64,000 nucleotides of DNA from an uncultured Lentisphaerales bacterium. Its GTDB lineage: Bacteria; Verrucomicrobiota; Lentisphaeria; JABSQK01; UBA12247. The DNA is taken from NCBI GenBank assembly GCA_943788985.1, contig CALSSJ010000021.1:32001-96000 (forward strand), read 5' to 3'. The notes under the pieces are model-generated. The model had not been told where the DNA came from and ran no database searches. It saw only the letters and a list, made by a program, of their open reading frames with translations. The translations under genes and the position numbers were made by a program. Shown piece after piece: positions 1 through 9,860 of this stretch (position 1 is its first letter; the number at the start of each line of letters is the position of its first letter).

Positions 1-303
1 CCCCTATCGGTTACTTGGCGCGATGGACTCGAGAACGCTATGGCGCACATCACCCAAATCTCTTGCAGTGGGCGCGTCAGCATCGGAAGAATGCCATAGT
101 AGCTGTCCAAGCGGCGAGAGAGTTCGTGGGAACACTCCCAAATGCCAAAGAGGAGATACTGTTGGGCTAGCCCCCTCATCTTTTTCGCAAGGCCAGCGTG
201 ATGAGGCGCCGTCGGCCGTCAGAAACTGGCTGTGCCAGCTTCTGGTCTGAGTACTACCAGTTTCAAGCATGACATCCGTGATGTTGCGAACTCCACAACC
301 TGA

Positions 304-444
304 GCGCCACGCAACTGGCTCAATGCGTTCGGCCCCACCGCCATCATGATCGAGCCTATCTGGTGGCTCGATGACGGCATTTATAAAGTCGCCGCAACCC
401 GGCTGCCGATCGGCCTTGGCTATTGGATCTACGGAGTCGGATAA
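304..444 (+). pseudogene. possible C-terminal relic of a secreted protein (...EPIWWLDDGIYKVAATRLPIGLGYWIYGVG)
   Basis: 46-codon open frame between TGA 301-303 and TAA 442-444. Its Trp/Tyr-rich end resembles C-termini of large exported proteins, and a hairpin follows. No convincing start. Confidence 0.3.
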
Positions 445-450
445 CTCAAA

Positions 451-476
451 CCTGGGACCGATACTCCGGTCCCAGG
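451..476. terminator. GC-rich hairpin just downstream of the fucosidase stop
   Basis: CCTGGGACCG-ATACTC-CGGTCCCAGG, a perfect 10-bp stem. Confidence 0.6.
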
Positions 477-495
477 CTTGGGTGCCCTAGGCAGG

Positions 496-2208
496 CTATT
501 TTCCGTACACGCGGACGTGCTTCAGCGACACCGGCGTCTCAGTCCCGTCTTTCGCCACAAGCTTAAGTGCCCAAAGGCGCCGGCCCGGGACATCAATCCC
601 GGCGTGGAAGTGAGTCACTTTCACCAGCCACTCCTGTTGCCACTCCTCAGCTTCCCAGAGCTTCTGCCAGGTCTTGTCATCGTCTGTGATGTACAAGGCA
701 AGTCCCTCGCTCTGGTGTGCGTCGGGAAGGTTCTCAATCACGACCGCCTTGACGTCGCGGAACCGCTTCCAATCAATCCGCAGTGACGGAGTCTCGCCTG
801 CAGCCAGCGCGGTCAACGTAGCAGCTTCGACTTCTGCGACAAGTTCACCGTACTGAGAGCCACCATCTCCAGCCATGCGCGGCAAGCCGACAAGCACGCC
901 CACTTCCAACGGCTGGTCGATGGTCAACTCCACGACCGTCACGGGCGCATCACGGTCTGCCTCTGCCACGCGGACCGTCAGCTCATCAGCGGTCTGCACG
1001 AAGGTGGCAGGCTGGCCGTTTAGGGCGCGAGCAGCCAGGACCTTGCGCGGCAACGGGTCAAATGCGACAGCGCCGTCCGTCCATTCATAGACGTGTAGGT
1101 ACATCTTCGTGCCTTTATGGCAACTTCCGCCCCAGGCGCCGTTGTTGTAAGGGCCGCTGCGCGTCCCGTAGATCGCGTCTCCGTACGTCTTCAACCACTC
1201 ACCTGCGGCACGAGCCACCGCTGCTTCGCCTTCGGCAAACGTGCCGTCGGGTCTAGGACCAAAGTTCAACAGCAGGTTGCCGCCACCAGTAGTGCAACTG
1301 ACCAACATCTTAATACACTCTTCAGGCCCCTTGAAGCCGTCCTCTCCGCGATACGACCAGCCCTGCCCGACGTGGATGCAGGATTCCCAGTCATTCTCGA
1401 GATCCATCGCCCCGATGGTGCCTTCCGGCGTATAGAAATCACCATCCGTAGCTTTCTGTAGCTCCGGAGTCGCCGGGCCCTGATCTTCAGGAGTCTTGGG
1501 GCCGCAGAATCTGGCCGCGCGGTTGTTCACTAGCAACTCCGGCTGGTTGCGGTACATCATCGCGTATAACTCGTCGAAACGCCATTTTCCCCAATCCTGG
1601 CCGCCGACGTGGTCATACCACATCATGTCGACCTTGCCGTATTTGGTAAGCAACTCGTCAACCTGCCCCATGTACCAATCGTCATACTTTTTGTTGTCGC
1701 CGACTAGGTAGTCCGGGTGATACCAGTCTCGGGTAGAGTAGTAGAGACCGACCTTGATCCCATGCTTGTGGCCAGCTTTGACGAACTGCTCGACAATGTC
1801 TTGCCCATACGGGGTTGCGCTTATGCTGTAATCGCTCAGATCCGTGTCGAACATCGAAAAGCCATCATGATGCTTGGTAATCAGCACCATGTACTTCATC
1901 CCGGATTCTTTTGCGAACTCGGCCCAAGCATCGGCATCAAACTTAACAGGGTTGAATACTTTGAAGTAATTGTCGTACTCGGCGTCGTGCTTGTCGTCGC
2001 TGGGATCCGGGACACCAATGTCCCATGGACGTTGGGCGTTTCTTCCCCAGCCTATTTCCCGCTGCCCCACAGAACAGGGTCCCCAGTGGATAAACATGCC
2101 AAATTTCGCGTCGCGAAACCACTGCATGCGGGCATCGCGCTGTTCTGTCGTCTCATTGATCTGCGGGACATGGCCCATGTCTGCGGGAAAGTGCGATTCG
2201 ATACTCAT
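496..2208 (-). CDS. alpha-L-fucosidase (GH29)
   Basis: WFRDAKFGMFIHWG, KHHDGF, WYD nucleophile region, VNNR, WESC and GGNLLLN motifs. Start placed at ATG 2208 (MSIESHF); the ORF track extends to 2307. Confidence 0.93.
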   Translation of the reverse strand: MSIESHFPADMGHVPQINETTEQRDARMQWFRDAKFGMFIHWGPCSVGQREIGWGRNAQRPWDIGVPDPSDDKHDAEYDNYFKVFNPVKFDADAWAEFAKESGMKYMVLITKHHDGFSMFDTDLSDYSISATPYGQDIVEQFVKAGHKHGIKVGLYYSTRDWYHPDYLVGDNKKYDDWYMGQVDELLTKYGKVDMMWYDHVGGQDWGKWRFDELYAMMYRNQPELLVNNRAARFCGPKTPEDQGPATPELQKATDGDFYTPEGTIGAMDLENDWESCIHVGQGWSYRGEDGFKGPEECIKMLVSCTTGGGNLLLNFGPRPDGTFAEGEAAVARAAGEWLKTYGDAIYGTRSGPYNNGAWGGSCHKGTKMYLHVYEWTDGAVAFDPLPRKVLAARALNGQPATFVQTADELTVRVAEADRDAPVTVVELTIDQPLEVGVLVGLPRMAGDGGSQYGELVAEVEAATLTALAAGETPSLRIDWKRFRDVKAVVIENLPDAHQSEGLALYITDDDKTWQKLWEAEEWQQEWLVKVTHFHAGIDVPGRRLWALKLVAKDGTETPVSLKHVRVYGK

Positions 2209-2333
2209 TGCTGCGTCCGGGTGTTTGGGATGATTTGCTAGAGAATGTGGAGTAAAAGTGGTTAGATCCCGAGGATCTCGTCCAGTTGAGTTTTGTAGCC
2301 GGCCCATGGGGCGATGCTCCCGGGGGTTCGGGC

Positions 2334-3031
2334 TCAGAGTACTTGATAGTGGCTACGGTTGAACGACATCACATGCCCATCGTCCTGGAGTATCGGGAGT
2401 ATTTCGCTGTTGCCGTGAACCGCAATGCCAGCGTGGTCCCTGCCCCCTCCCGAAATACTCCAGTCCGCCATGTTCAGGATACTGTCGGTATGCAGCGGCC
2501 GTAGCGTGACCTCGTCCCAGCCATTAAATCGATCGCAAGCCTCCCCCGCGACGTGGTCACGATTCAACCTGCGCAAGGGGAAATAAAAAGTGGGAAGCCC
2601 CTGATAAATCGCCAGGCCGTATGGCTGAAGCCACGGGCTATTAGCGTACGCCAAATCCAGCCCCTGGGCAAGGGTCGTCCCCGGACAAATAACCACGGAA
2701 TGCCCCCTTAGAGACGAAGAAAGATTTCCTTGCGAATCTCGGAGGTGCGTGCCAAATGAACCACATTGATACTCCCAGAACTGATTCATAACTGGCGCGC
2801 CAATCCAGATGTTGGTGGAGATGTAGCCATCGTAATCGTCCACGTACTGGAACATCCCCAAGGTAATCTGTCTCAGAATACTCGTACGGGCTGCGACCTT
2901 CGCCTTCGTCTTGGCCTTACTGATCGACGGAGGAGTAACGATGCCAGAATGGCGATGATCAAAATCACCACCAGCAATTCCACTAACGTGAACCGCCTGC
3001 GCAGAGAACGCGCATGCTTCCGTCCCATCAT
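2334..3031 (-). CDS. prepilin-type N-terminal cleavage/methylation protein with C-terminal H-X-DGHV motif (PVC pilin-like family), one frameshift near 2930
   Basis: RRRFTLVELLVVILIIAILASLLL continues in another frame as PSISKAKTKAKVAARTSILRQITLGMFQYVDDYDG; C-terminal HGNSEILPILQDDGHV. Confidence 0.85.
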
Positions 3032-3286
3032 TGCCTTCCCCTCTCCAAAAGATTCCACTTGGTCGTGATCTTGCAGACAAGAGATCACGCACCTACCTAG
3101 TTTTGGCCTGCGATCGGTTGCGGCCCATATAACTCGCTTTGCTTCGTGCGCCCGCCGTCGGCAGGCCAGAAGATATCCCAAGGTAAGTTTGGCGCAATTG
3201 CATACAAGTATTTGCAACCAAGCCGCCACAGAAAATGTAGCCACTCGCCCCGCGAAAATTTTTGGGGTATCAAGAGCGGTCAAACT

Positions 3287-3306
3287 CGGAGGGGGTGATT
3301 CCTCCG
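3287..3306 (-). terminator. hairpin downstream of Dabb gene
   Basis: CGGAGG-N8-CCTCCG stem, about 13 bp after the stop. Confidence 0.4.
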
Positions 3307-3319
3307 GCAGGCGGTTAGG

Positions 3320-3625
3320 CTAATACCCCGGCGCAGGCTCCAGATCGTAATCGATCTCAATGAAGTCAATCACTTCGGGAATCCAGCGATTCTGCACGAA
3401 ACCGACGTGGATCGGGTGCTCGTTATACGCCTCGTAGTCGGCCATGCTGGTAAACTCCATTGAGAGGCCGAAATCAAAGCTGTTCTTCTTCCCGATCTCT
3501 TTCAGGCATTCGAACTTTCTCACGCCAGCAATCGCCGCCAGCCCTCTTGCTGCGTCCAGAAATGTGCCTTCTTCAGCCGAGCCACTTTTGTGTTTGAGGG
3601 TAAATGTAACCGTGTGCCTGATCAT
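3320..3625 (-). CDS. Dabb family stress-responsive alpha/beta barrel protein
   Basis: MIRHTVTFTLK start and YEAYNEHPIH motif, 101 aa. Confidence 0.88.
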   Translation of the reverse strand: MIRHTVTFTLKHKSGSAEEGTFLDAARGLAAIAGVRKFECLKEIGKKNSFDFGLSMEFTSMADYEAYNEHPIHVGFVQNRWIPEVIDFIEIDYDLEPAPGY

Positions 3626-3743
3626 GACTGAATTTCCTGTATCTAGAGGGTAGTAGAAAAGTAGGGTGACCTGCTAAGCTAGCGAGGTCGCTCCCGAAGC
3701 CTAGAGAGCAATTTCCGGCCCTTAAAGCCACCGCATCAGTAGA

Positions 3744-4616
3744 CTACGCGGTCGCGGTGGCAGGGACCAGCGTGACCAAGGCAATCTCCGGACGACAGTT
3801 GCAGCGAGCACCGTGGATGTTTCCCACGCCGCTGGTGACGTGAATCTGGCGATCTCGCCAAGGCGCTAGCCCATGCACATACCGCGTGTCATCTACCGGG
3901 GCAAATGGGCGTCCCACCCATGGCACCGATATCTGCCCGCCGTGCGTATGCCCGCAGAGCATGAGTTGCCAGCGCTCGCGCGCTAGGTCACCCTTGCCAT
4001 CGGGGTTGTGGCTCAGCAGAACGCGCGGATGCCGCCCGGAGTTGGCAAAGGTAGGCTTCACCGACATTTCGTCAGACCACCAGTCCCCCGTTCCACAGAA
4101 TACGATCCGATCGCGACCAAACCGCACCGGTACGTTAATGTTGTGCAGCACGGTGATCCCCGAGCGCTGGAGAAGGCGAATCATTGCCGACGACTCCCAA
4201 ACCCCGCCGCGCTGCTTGGCCCAGCGCCCACCGTCGTGATTTCCCAACACGGCAAACGTCGGTGCATGCAGCGCCAGCTTGCTCAGCACGTCCTGATAGT
4301 TGTCCACAGCAAGAATTCCATTCGTAATATAGTCGCCGGTCAAGCAGATCACGTGCGGATCAAGCTCGAGCCCTTTCTCAACCGCATCATCAATAAACGA
4401 CAGCGAGACTAGGCGCGAGTAGTGCAGGTCGGAGAGATGTAGAATGCGCAGCTCGTTCGAAATGCCATGGATTGGCGCGGTATGACGGGCGACGCTCAAC
4501 CACCGCGGCTCGATGATGGTCGCATAAGCGGGTAGCGCCACCGCGGTCGCAGCTCCAGTCGTCAGGCAGCGTAGCATGTGACGTCGCGTCACGGTCGACT
4601 TGCGGCGGACGGCCAT
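3744..4616 (-). CDS. calcineurin-like metallophosphoesterase (YaeI/YkuE-like) with Tat-like leader
   Basis: DLH, GDY, GNHD, SHNPD and GHTHGGQ motifs; N-terminal TRRHML. Confidence 0.92.
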   Translation of the reverse strand: MAVRRKSTVTRRHMLRCLTTGAATAVALPAYATIIEPRWLSVARHTAPIHGISNELRILHLSDLHYSRLVSLSFIDDAVEKGLELDPHVICLTGDYITNGILAVDNYQDVLSKLALHAPTFAVLGNHDGGRWAKQRGGVWESSAMIRLLQRSGITVLHNINVPVRFGRDRIVFCGTGDWWSDEMSVKPTFANSGRHPRVLLSHNPDGKGDLARERWQLMLCGHTHGGQISVPWVGRPFAPVDDTRYVHGLAPWRDRQIHVTSGVGNIHGARCNCRPEIALVTLVPATATA

Positions 4617-4945
4617 CAGATTATTTCGTTGGCCTCAAATAAACCAAGCATAGACTCAGCCATACGGACTGTGCCCCGGACGACAAACCCCGCAGCCCAG
4701 CGCTCAAGCAAGTCTGCCCGTACCGAAGCCTCACAATCGCCAGACATCGGCGCTAGCACATAACGAACCATACGAAAGTCATCTCCATCGGTTACCGGCA
4801 GCACCAGTGTCCCCTCTGTCTGACAGACACCAGTGACCCGATATCCTGGTCCCAGACGGCGACAGGCTTTCGTGATTGCGACTGCAACATCCCCATAATC
4901 CCACGCCACGTCCGAGAGTGAAAAGTTCAACGTCCTGTGAGTCAT
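4616..4945 (-). CDS. hypothetical protein
   Basis: 109-aa ORF overlapping both neighbours' start/stop codons, as in an operon. Confidence 0.65.
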   Translation of the reverse strand: MTHRTLNFSLSDVAWDYGDVAVAITKACRRLGPGYRVTGVCQTEGTLVLPVTDGDDFRMVRYVLAPMSGDCEASVRADLLERWAAGFVVRGTVRMAESMLGLFEANEII

Positions 4946-6345
4946 TCCACGTACAGGTCCGAGCCTAGAGTAACTGAATCGGGGCCATTGGCAATGAGGT
5001 CAGCCTCAGAAACATATGAACATGGGGAAATCTCAATGCGATGAAGTGGCTCGCCGGCTTCGTTTCTCGGAACCTCGTGCCCGGCAGCTTCCAGCCAACG
5101 GGCATGCTCGGCAATCATCAATCTCTCGGCAGATTCGCGGCTGTCGTCTCCTACCTTGTTCTTCACTGGGCCCAGCTCACGCTCCTTCAGCGCCTGGTAG
5201 AGGACATAGCGCTCGGCGCGCGGAAAAGCGTCGAAGATAAACTGCTCCAGCTTCACAGCATTGGCCGCATCCGGTCTCACCATCTCACCAGTTTCCGGAT
5301 CCAGAAACGGGACCTTCTTGACAGCACGGTGAAATGGCAACTGCAGGGCGCGGTCTGTCAGCCGCTCGACGAACGCCCGGTTGATCAGGTGAATCCCGGG
5401 GCTGCCCACGCGAATGGTCAGGCGTCCGTCGTCCTCCCGCAATTGGGCCATAGCATCAGGAAGATCGCTGTACTCGATCACTGTCAGCCGATCGTCGATC
5501 AAGCCGAAGTTTCCGAGTCGGTCATGCGGATGATCCTTCATAATGCAGCGGCTACTCATCTCCGCTTGGTCCTGCAAGTGCAGCCCGACAAAGGTGCGAT
5601 CAAAAATAGTGGTAAGCGCATTGTCCACTTGGAAGTAGCTGAGCAACTCCACCCCGTGATTCTCCATGTGTTGGAGGCAGCCGTTGCGGCGCAGTGCTGT
5701 AAGCGTGCCACCATGGCCATCCGGCGATGTAGCTGGCTCATCTGGCCCAGCCAGCAACATCCCTCCCTGCAGATCAAACACGGGCATCGTCCCCTGCGGG
5801 AAGAATGTGATCTGCTCCGTAGCCAACCCGAAGTAGTCATTCTCCACGAAGAAGGCCCGGGTCGGCGCATCGTTAATCGGACTGGTCATGATGTACCAGA
5901 ACAGTTTCCTGCCAGCCAGTTCGCTCTCACGGCGGATGGACTCGGCAAAAAGCTGAAACAACGATTTATCCCGCAACGGCGAGACCCCATAGGTCCCCTT
6001 CGGCCCATCGTGACCGAGGCGCGTCCCCTGTCCGCCTGCCACCGTCAAGGCTGCCACTTTTCCGGCGTTAATCGCCACCTCGCCTATTGCTGCCGCTTGT
6101 TGATAGCGCTGCTCTTGTGCTGCGGACTCCGCAGGAAAGGGATAGTAACTTGCCGGTCCGAAGTCGTCATAGCACGCGGACTCGCCATCGTGAAGCACCA
6201 GGGCATCAATCAGCGCGGGCATACCATCCCAGTCCCATTGCGCCAACGTCTGTTGCAGCTGGTTCTGACTTACCTGGCTGAGGGTCGCAGCGTGCGACGC
6301 CAAATGCTCTTGCCCGCTAGATTTCAGGAGGGTTTGCAGGTCCAT
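4942..6345 (-). CDS. UDP-N-acetylglucosamine pyrophosphorylase, UAP1/UDPGP type 1 family
   Basis: AGGQGTRLGHDGPKG, SPDGHGG, QVDN, IEYSD, KLEQFIFDAF and PVKN motifs. Confidence 0.93.
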   Translation of the reverse strand: MDLQTLLKSSGQEHLASHAATLSQVSQNQLQQTLAQWDWDGMPALIDALVLHDGESACYDDFGPASYYPFPAESAAQEQRYQQAAAIGEVAINAGKVAALTVAGGQGTRLGHDGPKGTYGVSPLRDKSLFQLFAESIRRESELAGRKLFWYIMTSPINDAPTRAFFVENDYFGLATEQITFFPQGTMPVFDLQGGMLLAGPDEPATSPDGHGGTLTALRRNGCLQHMENHGVELLSYFQVDNALTTIFDRTFVGLHLQDQAEMSSRCIMKDHPHDRLGNFGLIDDRLTVIEYSDLPDAMAQLREDDGRLTIRVGSPGIHLINRAFVERLTDRALQLPFHRAVKKVPFLDPETGEMVRPDAANAVKLEQFIFDAFPRAERYVLYQALKERELGPVKNKVGDDSRESAERLMIAEHARWLEAAGHEVPRNEAGEPLHRIEISPCSYVSEADLIANGPDSVTLGSDLYVE

Positions 6346-6483
6346 ATCTTCCTCGCGGAGGATTTCAAAATGGGTAGAGTAGCCCCGGGGCGTAGAATTT
6401 CGACCGCAGATACTTCACTCTTGCAGCTGTCCACGGGCCGAGTAGCAGTACGAGCTAATCAATCAACTACTGGAGCCCCATCC

Positions 6484-6789
6484 ATGACTGCCCTGCCCCG
6501 CACTATTTTTCTGTCCCTCTTCCTGGCTCTGTTCACCCTGCTCTGCAGCTGCGGCGGACCGCCCCCCCCAGACGGATCACAGTTTACCCCAGCCATCACG
6601 ACCTGGCTGAACGAAAAGAGCATGGACCTAGCAGTCAAAGAGTATAAGACGGTCACCATTGAAGCAGATACGGCTACAATCGTTGCCTCATTCGTCGCTT
6701 CCGAAGCTCCCACCGTCAGCGTGAAGTACACCATCAAGTTCAAGAAGGACGGCGAAGCCTGGAGGGTCGTATCCGGTAGCCAGAACTAA
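6484..6789 (+). CDS. small hypothetical lipoprotein
   Basis: MTALPRTIFLSLFLALFTLLCSC signal peptide with lipobox; the true gene at the 3' end of the 5041..6789 ORF. Confidence 0.75.
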   Translation: MTALPRTIFLSLFLALFTLLCSCGGPPPPDGSQFTPAITTWLNEKSMDLAVKEYKTVTIEADTATIVASFVASEAPTVSVKYTIKFKKDGEAWRVVSGSQN

Positions 6790-6800
6790 GGCGACGCTTC

Positions 6801-8054
6801 ATGGCAACTCATTCCCTTGCCGGGCCTGGCCGTATCGTCAGCCCGGATCAGCAACTCTCCCTGCTCAAACGCATGCTCGCAGATGCCGGAAAGCTCGAGC
6901 GCGTGCTGATCATCCCGCCTGACTTCACCCGGTTTCATTCCGATGCCGGCACCATTACCGTCCAACTGTATGAACTGCTGCGCGATCGTGCGGAGATCAC
7001 GATCTTACCCGCATTGGGCACCCACGCGCCGATGAGCGGCGAGCAGTTGGACGAGATGTTTCCCGGCATTCCCAAGGACCTGATTCGGGATCATGATTGG
7101 CGCCATGAAGTCATGCCGCTCGGCGAAGTTCCCGCGGACTTCGTCGCTGCCTTGGTCGACAATCAACTAAACTACCCGATCCAGGCAGAGGTCAATCGCC
7201 TCGTCATCGAGGGTAACTTCGACCTGATCTTGTCCGTCGGCCAAGTGGTCCCGCACGAAGTAATCGGCATGGCGAACCATAACAAGAACATCTTCGTTGG
7301 CACCGGCGGCTCAGACACCATCAACAAAACGCACTACCTAAGCGCGATCGATGGCATCGAGTCCGTCCTAGGCCAGCGCGACACTGCCGTGCGCAAAGTG
7401 CTCAACTACGCGGAAGACCGCTACCTCAGCGAGCTGCCGCTAGTCTACGTCCTCACTGTGCGCGGCTATGAAGGCGACGATCTGGTTACCCGCGGCCTCT
7501 ACGCCGGCCCCGGCCGCGACGGATTCAACCAGGCCGTGGAATTAGCGAAAGACGTGAATATCGAGTGGTTGGACCGTCGCCCAGATAAAATGGTCGTCTA
7601 TCTCGATCCTAGCGAGTTTCACAGCACCTGGCTGGGCAACAAGGCCATCTACCGCACTCGGCGCGCCATTGCCGATGACGGTGAACTCATCGTGCTCGCG
7701 CCCGGCGTCAAGATGTTCGGCGAAGATCCCGCCATCGACACACTCATCCGCGAGTTCGGCTACTGCGGCACCCCAGCCACGCTCGAGGCTGTTGAAAAGC
7801 ACGAGCATCTGCGCCAGAACCTCTCCGCCGCCGCGCACCTCGTCCATGGCAGCACCGAAGGCCGCTTCCGCGTCACCTACGCCACCGGTGGCCTCAGCCG
7901 CGAAGAAGTGGAGAGCGTAGGTTACAACTTTGGCGATATCGCCGAACTCTCCAAGCGCTATAACCCGACCTCGCTCTGCCCTGGCTGGAATCAAGTAGAT
8001 GGCGAGGATATCTACTTCATCCGCAACCCAGCTACTGGCCTCTGGAGTATCTAG
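6801..8054 (+). CDS. lactate racemase (LarA/DUF2088) domain protein
   Basis: IIPPDFTR, ALGTH, HDW, VVPHEVIG and NPATGLW motifs. Confidence 0.85.
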   Translation: MATHSLAGPGRIVSPDQQLSLLKRMLADAGKLERVLIIPPDFTRFHSDAGTITVQLYELLRDRAEITILPALGTHAPMSGEQLDEMFPGIPKDLIRDHDWRHEVMPLGEVPADFVAALVDNQLNYPIQAEVNRLVIEGNFDLILSVGQVVPHEVIGMANHNKNIFVGTGGSDTINKTHYLSAIDGIESVLGQRDTAVRKVLNYAEDRYLSELPLVYVLTVRGYEGDDLVTRGLYAGPGRDGFNQAVELAKDVNIEWLDRRPDKMVVYLDPSEFHSTWLGNKAIYRTRRAIADDGELIVLAPGVKMFGEDPAIDTLIREFGYCGTPATLEAVEKHEHLRQNLSAAAHLVHGSTEGRFRVTYATGGLSREEVESVGYNFGDIAELSKRYNPTSLCPGWNQVDGEDIYFIRNPATGLWSI

Positions 8055-8084
8055 TACAAAGGATCAGGCTGCAGACCTCGAGAC

Positions 8085-8595
8085 CTATGTCCTTGAGGCG
8101 ATGGCACCACGAGAGAAGCCAGCAATGAATACATTGGCTGGATCACCGCCATACTCTGTGCAGATCCGACGGACGGTCTTCTTGCAGTACTCGGCCATTG
8201 CCTCGACGTCCCCCATCACGCTGGGGCATTTTTTGCGCTCTGTTTTAGACGAAAGGCATACAGATCGAGATGACGCCTTTGGCTCCTGAGATTCCGTATC
8301 CAAGGTTGCTCCCTTCGACGGTTCCCGGGCTTGTCTTCCATTTATTGCCAGCGTCCTCAACGATCACAGGATACTTCGCCCCCTTCACCCATTCAGTAAG
8401 AAGATAGAGGAGGTGATACACTTCAGTTTCTGCGTAGTTCGCATTGATCTGCCTGACTGTTTTACCAGCAGCAGACGCATTGCCTATCACTGATGGTGTG
8501 ACAAGATCCGGCTTCACGCCCTCAACGTCCTTAGCGACTCGAGACGGCGCACTAATCATCACCGGAATTGGTAATATGGCTAATTGCCTGATCAA
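8085..8595 (-). pseudogene. degraded alpha/beta-hydrolase-like gene
   Basis: Two out-of-frame pieces: YHLLYLLTEWVKGAKYPVIVE..GNKW..SNLGYGISG and ..EYGGDPANVFIAGFSRGAIA (GxSxG). Truncated at the 3' end. Confidence 0.65.
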
Positions 8596-8645
8596 TTCAT
8601 CTCTATGGCCACCGCTCAGACCTGGCCCTTGTGGCCAGCTTTTGA

Positions 8646-8954
8646 TTATTGAGTTGGGGCACTATCTCCGATCTTCAACCGGGGAATGTCTCGTGCGCAA
8701 TGAACTATAGCCAGTACGATCCCGGACGGCGTCATGTGGTAAATCACTTGACATGGCCCCTTAATTACCTCACGGATCTGGGGCAGTTCAAGTTCCGGAA
8801 CTATTCTGCCAGACTTTGGGAAAGCTCCAACCTGTACCGACCGGCGCGTGATTCGGTCCACAGCGCGATTCGCATAATCTAAAGACGTTGCTGCGATATA
8901 AGCATGGATACTGTCGAGATGGCCGACGAAAGTATCGGTCTAGTTTACAGACAC
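8646..8954 (-). pseudogene. RelE/ParE family toxin with nonsense codon
   Basis: GTG 8954 gives VSVN*TDTFVGHLDSIHAYIAATSLDYANRAVDRITRRSVQVGAFPKSGRIVPELELPQIREVI..VIYH..VLAIVHCAR. TAG at 8942-8940 falls where Trp is expected. Confidence 0.8.
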
Positions 8955-9230
8955 GCCGGTGGCACCCCGAACCGACGACGTACATACGTGACGCTTTGTG
9001 GCAGGGAGAACTGCAAGGTGAGCTCGGCTGGCACAGCTTATTTTTGCCTGTAGCCGCTTGCCCGACCAGACTACCGAACGACGACGGCATGGCAGAGGAG
9101 AGTTGCCGACTGGAGGCGCGCTGTTCAGTTTGCCAGCTTCCGAATCTCAGCCAGCGCGGATCTTCCGCGTTGAAAAAACGACCACGCTCCGTACTGTCCC
9201 GAATCGGCAAAATCAGGCGGAGACACACAC

Positions 9231-9860
9231 ATGCGCATCCTCTTTCAAGGCGACTCAATCACGGATGCCGGCCGCAATAAGCAGGCACAGGACCAGCCAA
9301 GCGAGCTTTCGGCCCTGGGGCCGGGCTACGCGGGGCGAGCCGCGGGAAAACTACTCGCACTGCAGCCAGACGCTGGCCACGAGGTGTTCAATCGCGGCAT
9401 CTCTGGCAATCGAGTCACGGACCTCTACGCCCGTTGGCGGCGCGATGCGTTGAATCTAAAGCCCGACCTGATCAGCATTCTCATCGGCATCAACGACATC
9501 TGGCATCACTTCGGCAGCAATGACGGCGTCAATAGCGCCCGCTTCGAGCACCTCTACCGCCTCCTGCTGGAGGACACGCGGGCTGAGCTTCCTGATACAC
9601 GTCTGGTCCTTTGCACCCCGTTCGTCACACCCTGCGGGGCTGTTGGCGATGAATGGCCACCAGTTGTCGCCAAACGCGCGGCGATCGTGCACAACCTTGC
9701 CCTAGCGTTTGAGGCGCAGGTCATCGACTTCCGCGGCGCCTTCGAGTGTTGGCTGAACGATGCTCCGGCTGCCTATTGGGCGCAAGACGGCGTACATCCG
9801 ACTCCCGCTGGCCATGAGCGCATGGCCGAGCTTTGGATCGACAGCGTATTCGAAAACTAG
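9231..9860 (+). CDS. SGNH/GDSL hydrolase
   Basis: FQGDSITD, NRGISG, GIND and DGVHP blocks. Confidence 0.93.
   Translation: MRILFQGDSITDAGRNKQAQDQPSELSALGPGYAGRAAGKLLALQPDAGHEVFNRGISGNRVTDLYARWRRDALNLKPDLISILIGINDIWHHFGSNDGVNSARFEHLYRLLLEDTRAELPDTRLVLCTPFVTPCGAVGDEWPPVVAKRAAIVHNLALAFEAQVIDFRGAFECWLNDAPAAYWAQDGVHPTPAGHERMAELWIDSVFEN

Noticed and set aside
4..270. Short ORFs at the window start
   Set aside because: No motifs or RBS support on either strand.
5041..6789. 582-aa plus-strand ORF
   Set aside because: Antisense shadow of the pyrophosphorylase; only the last 101 codons (lipoprotein from ATG 6484) look real.
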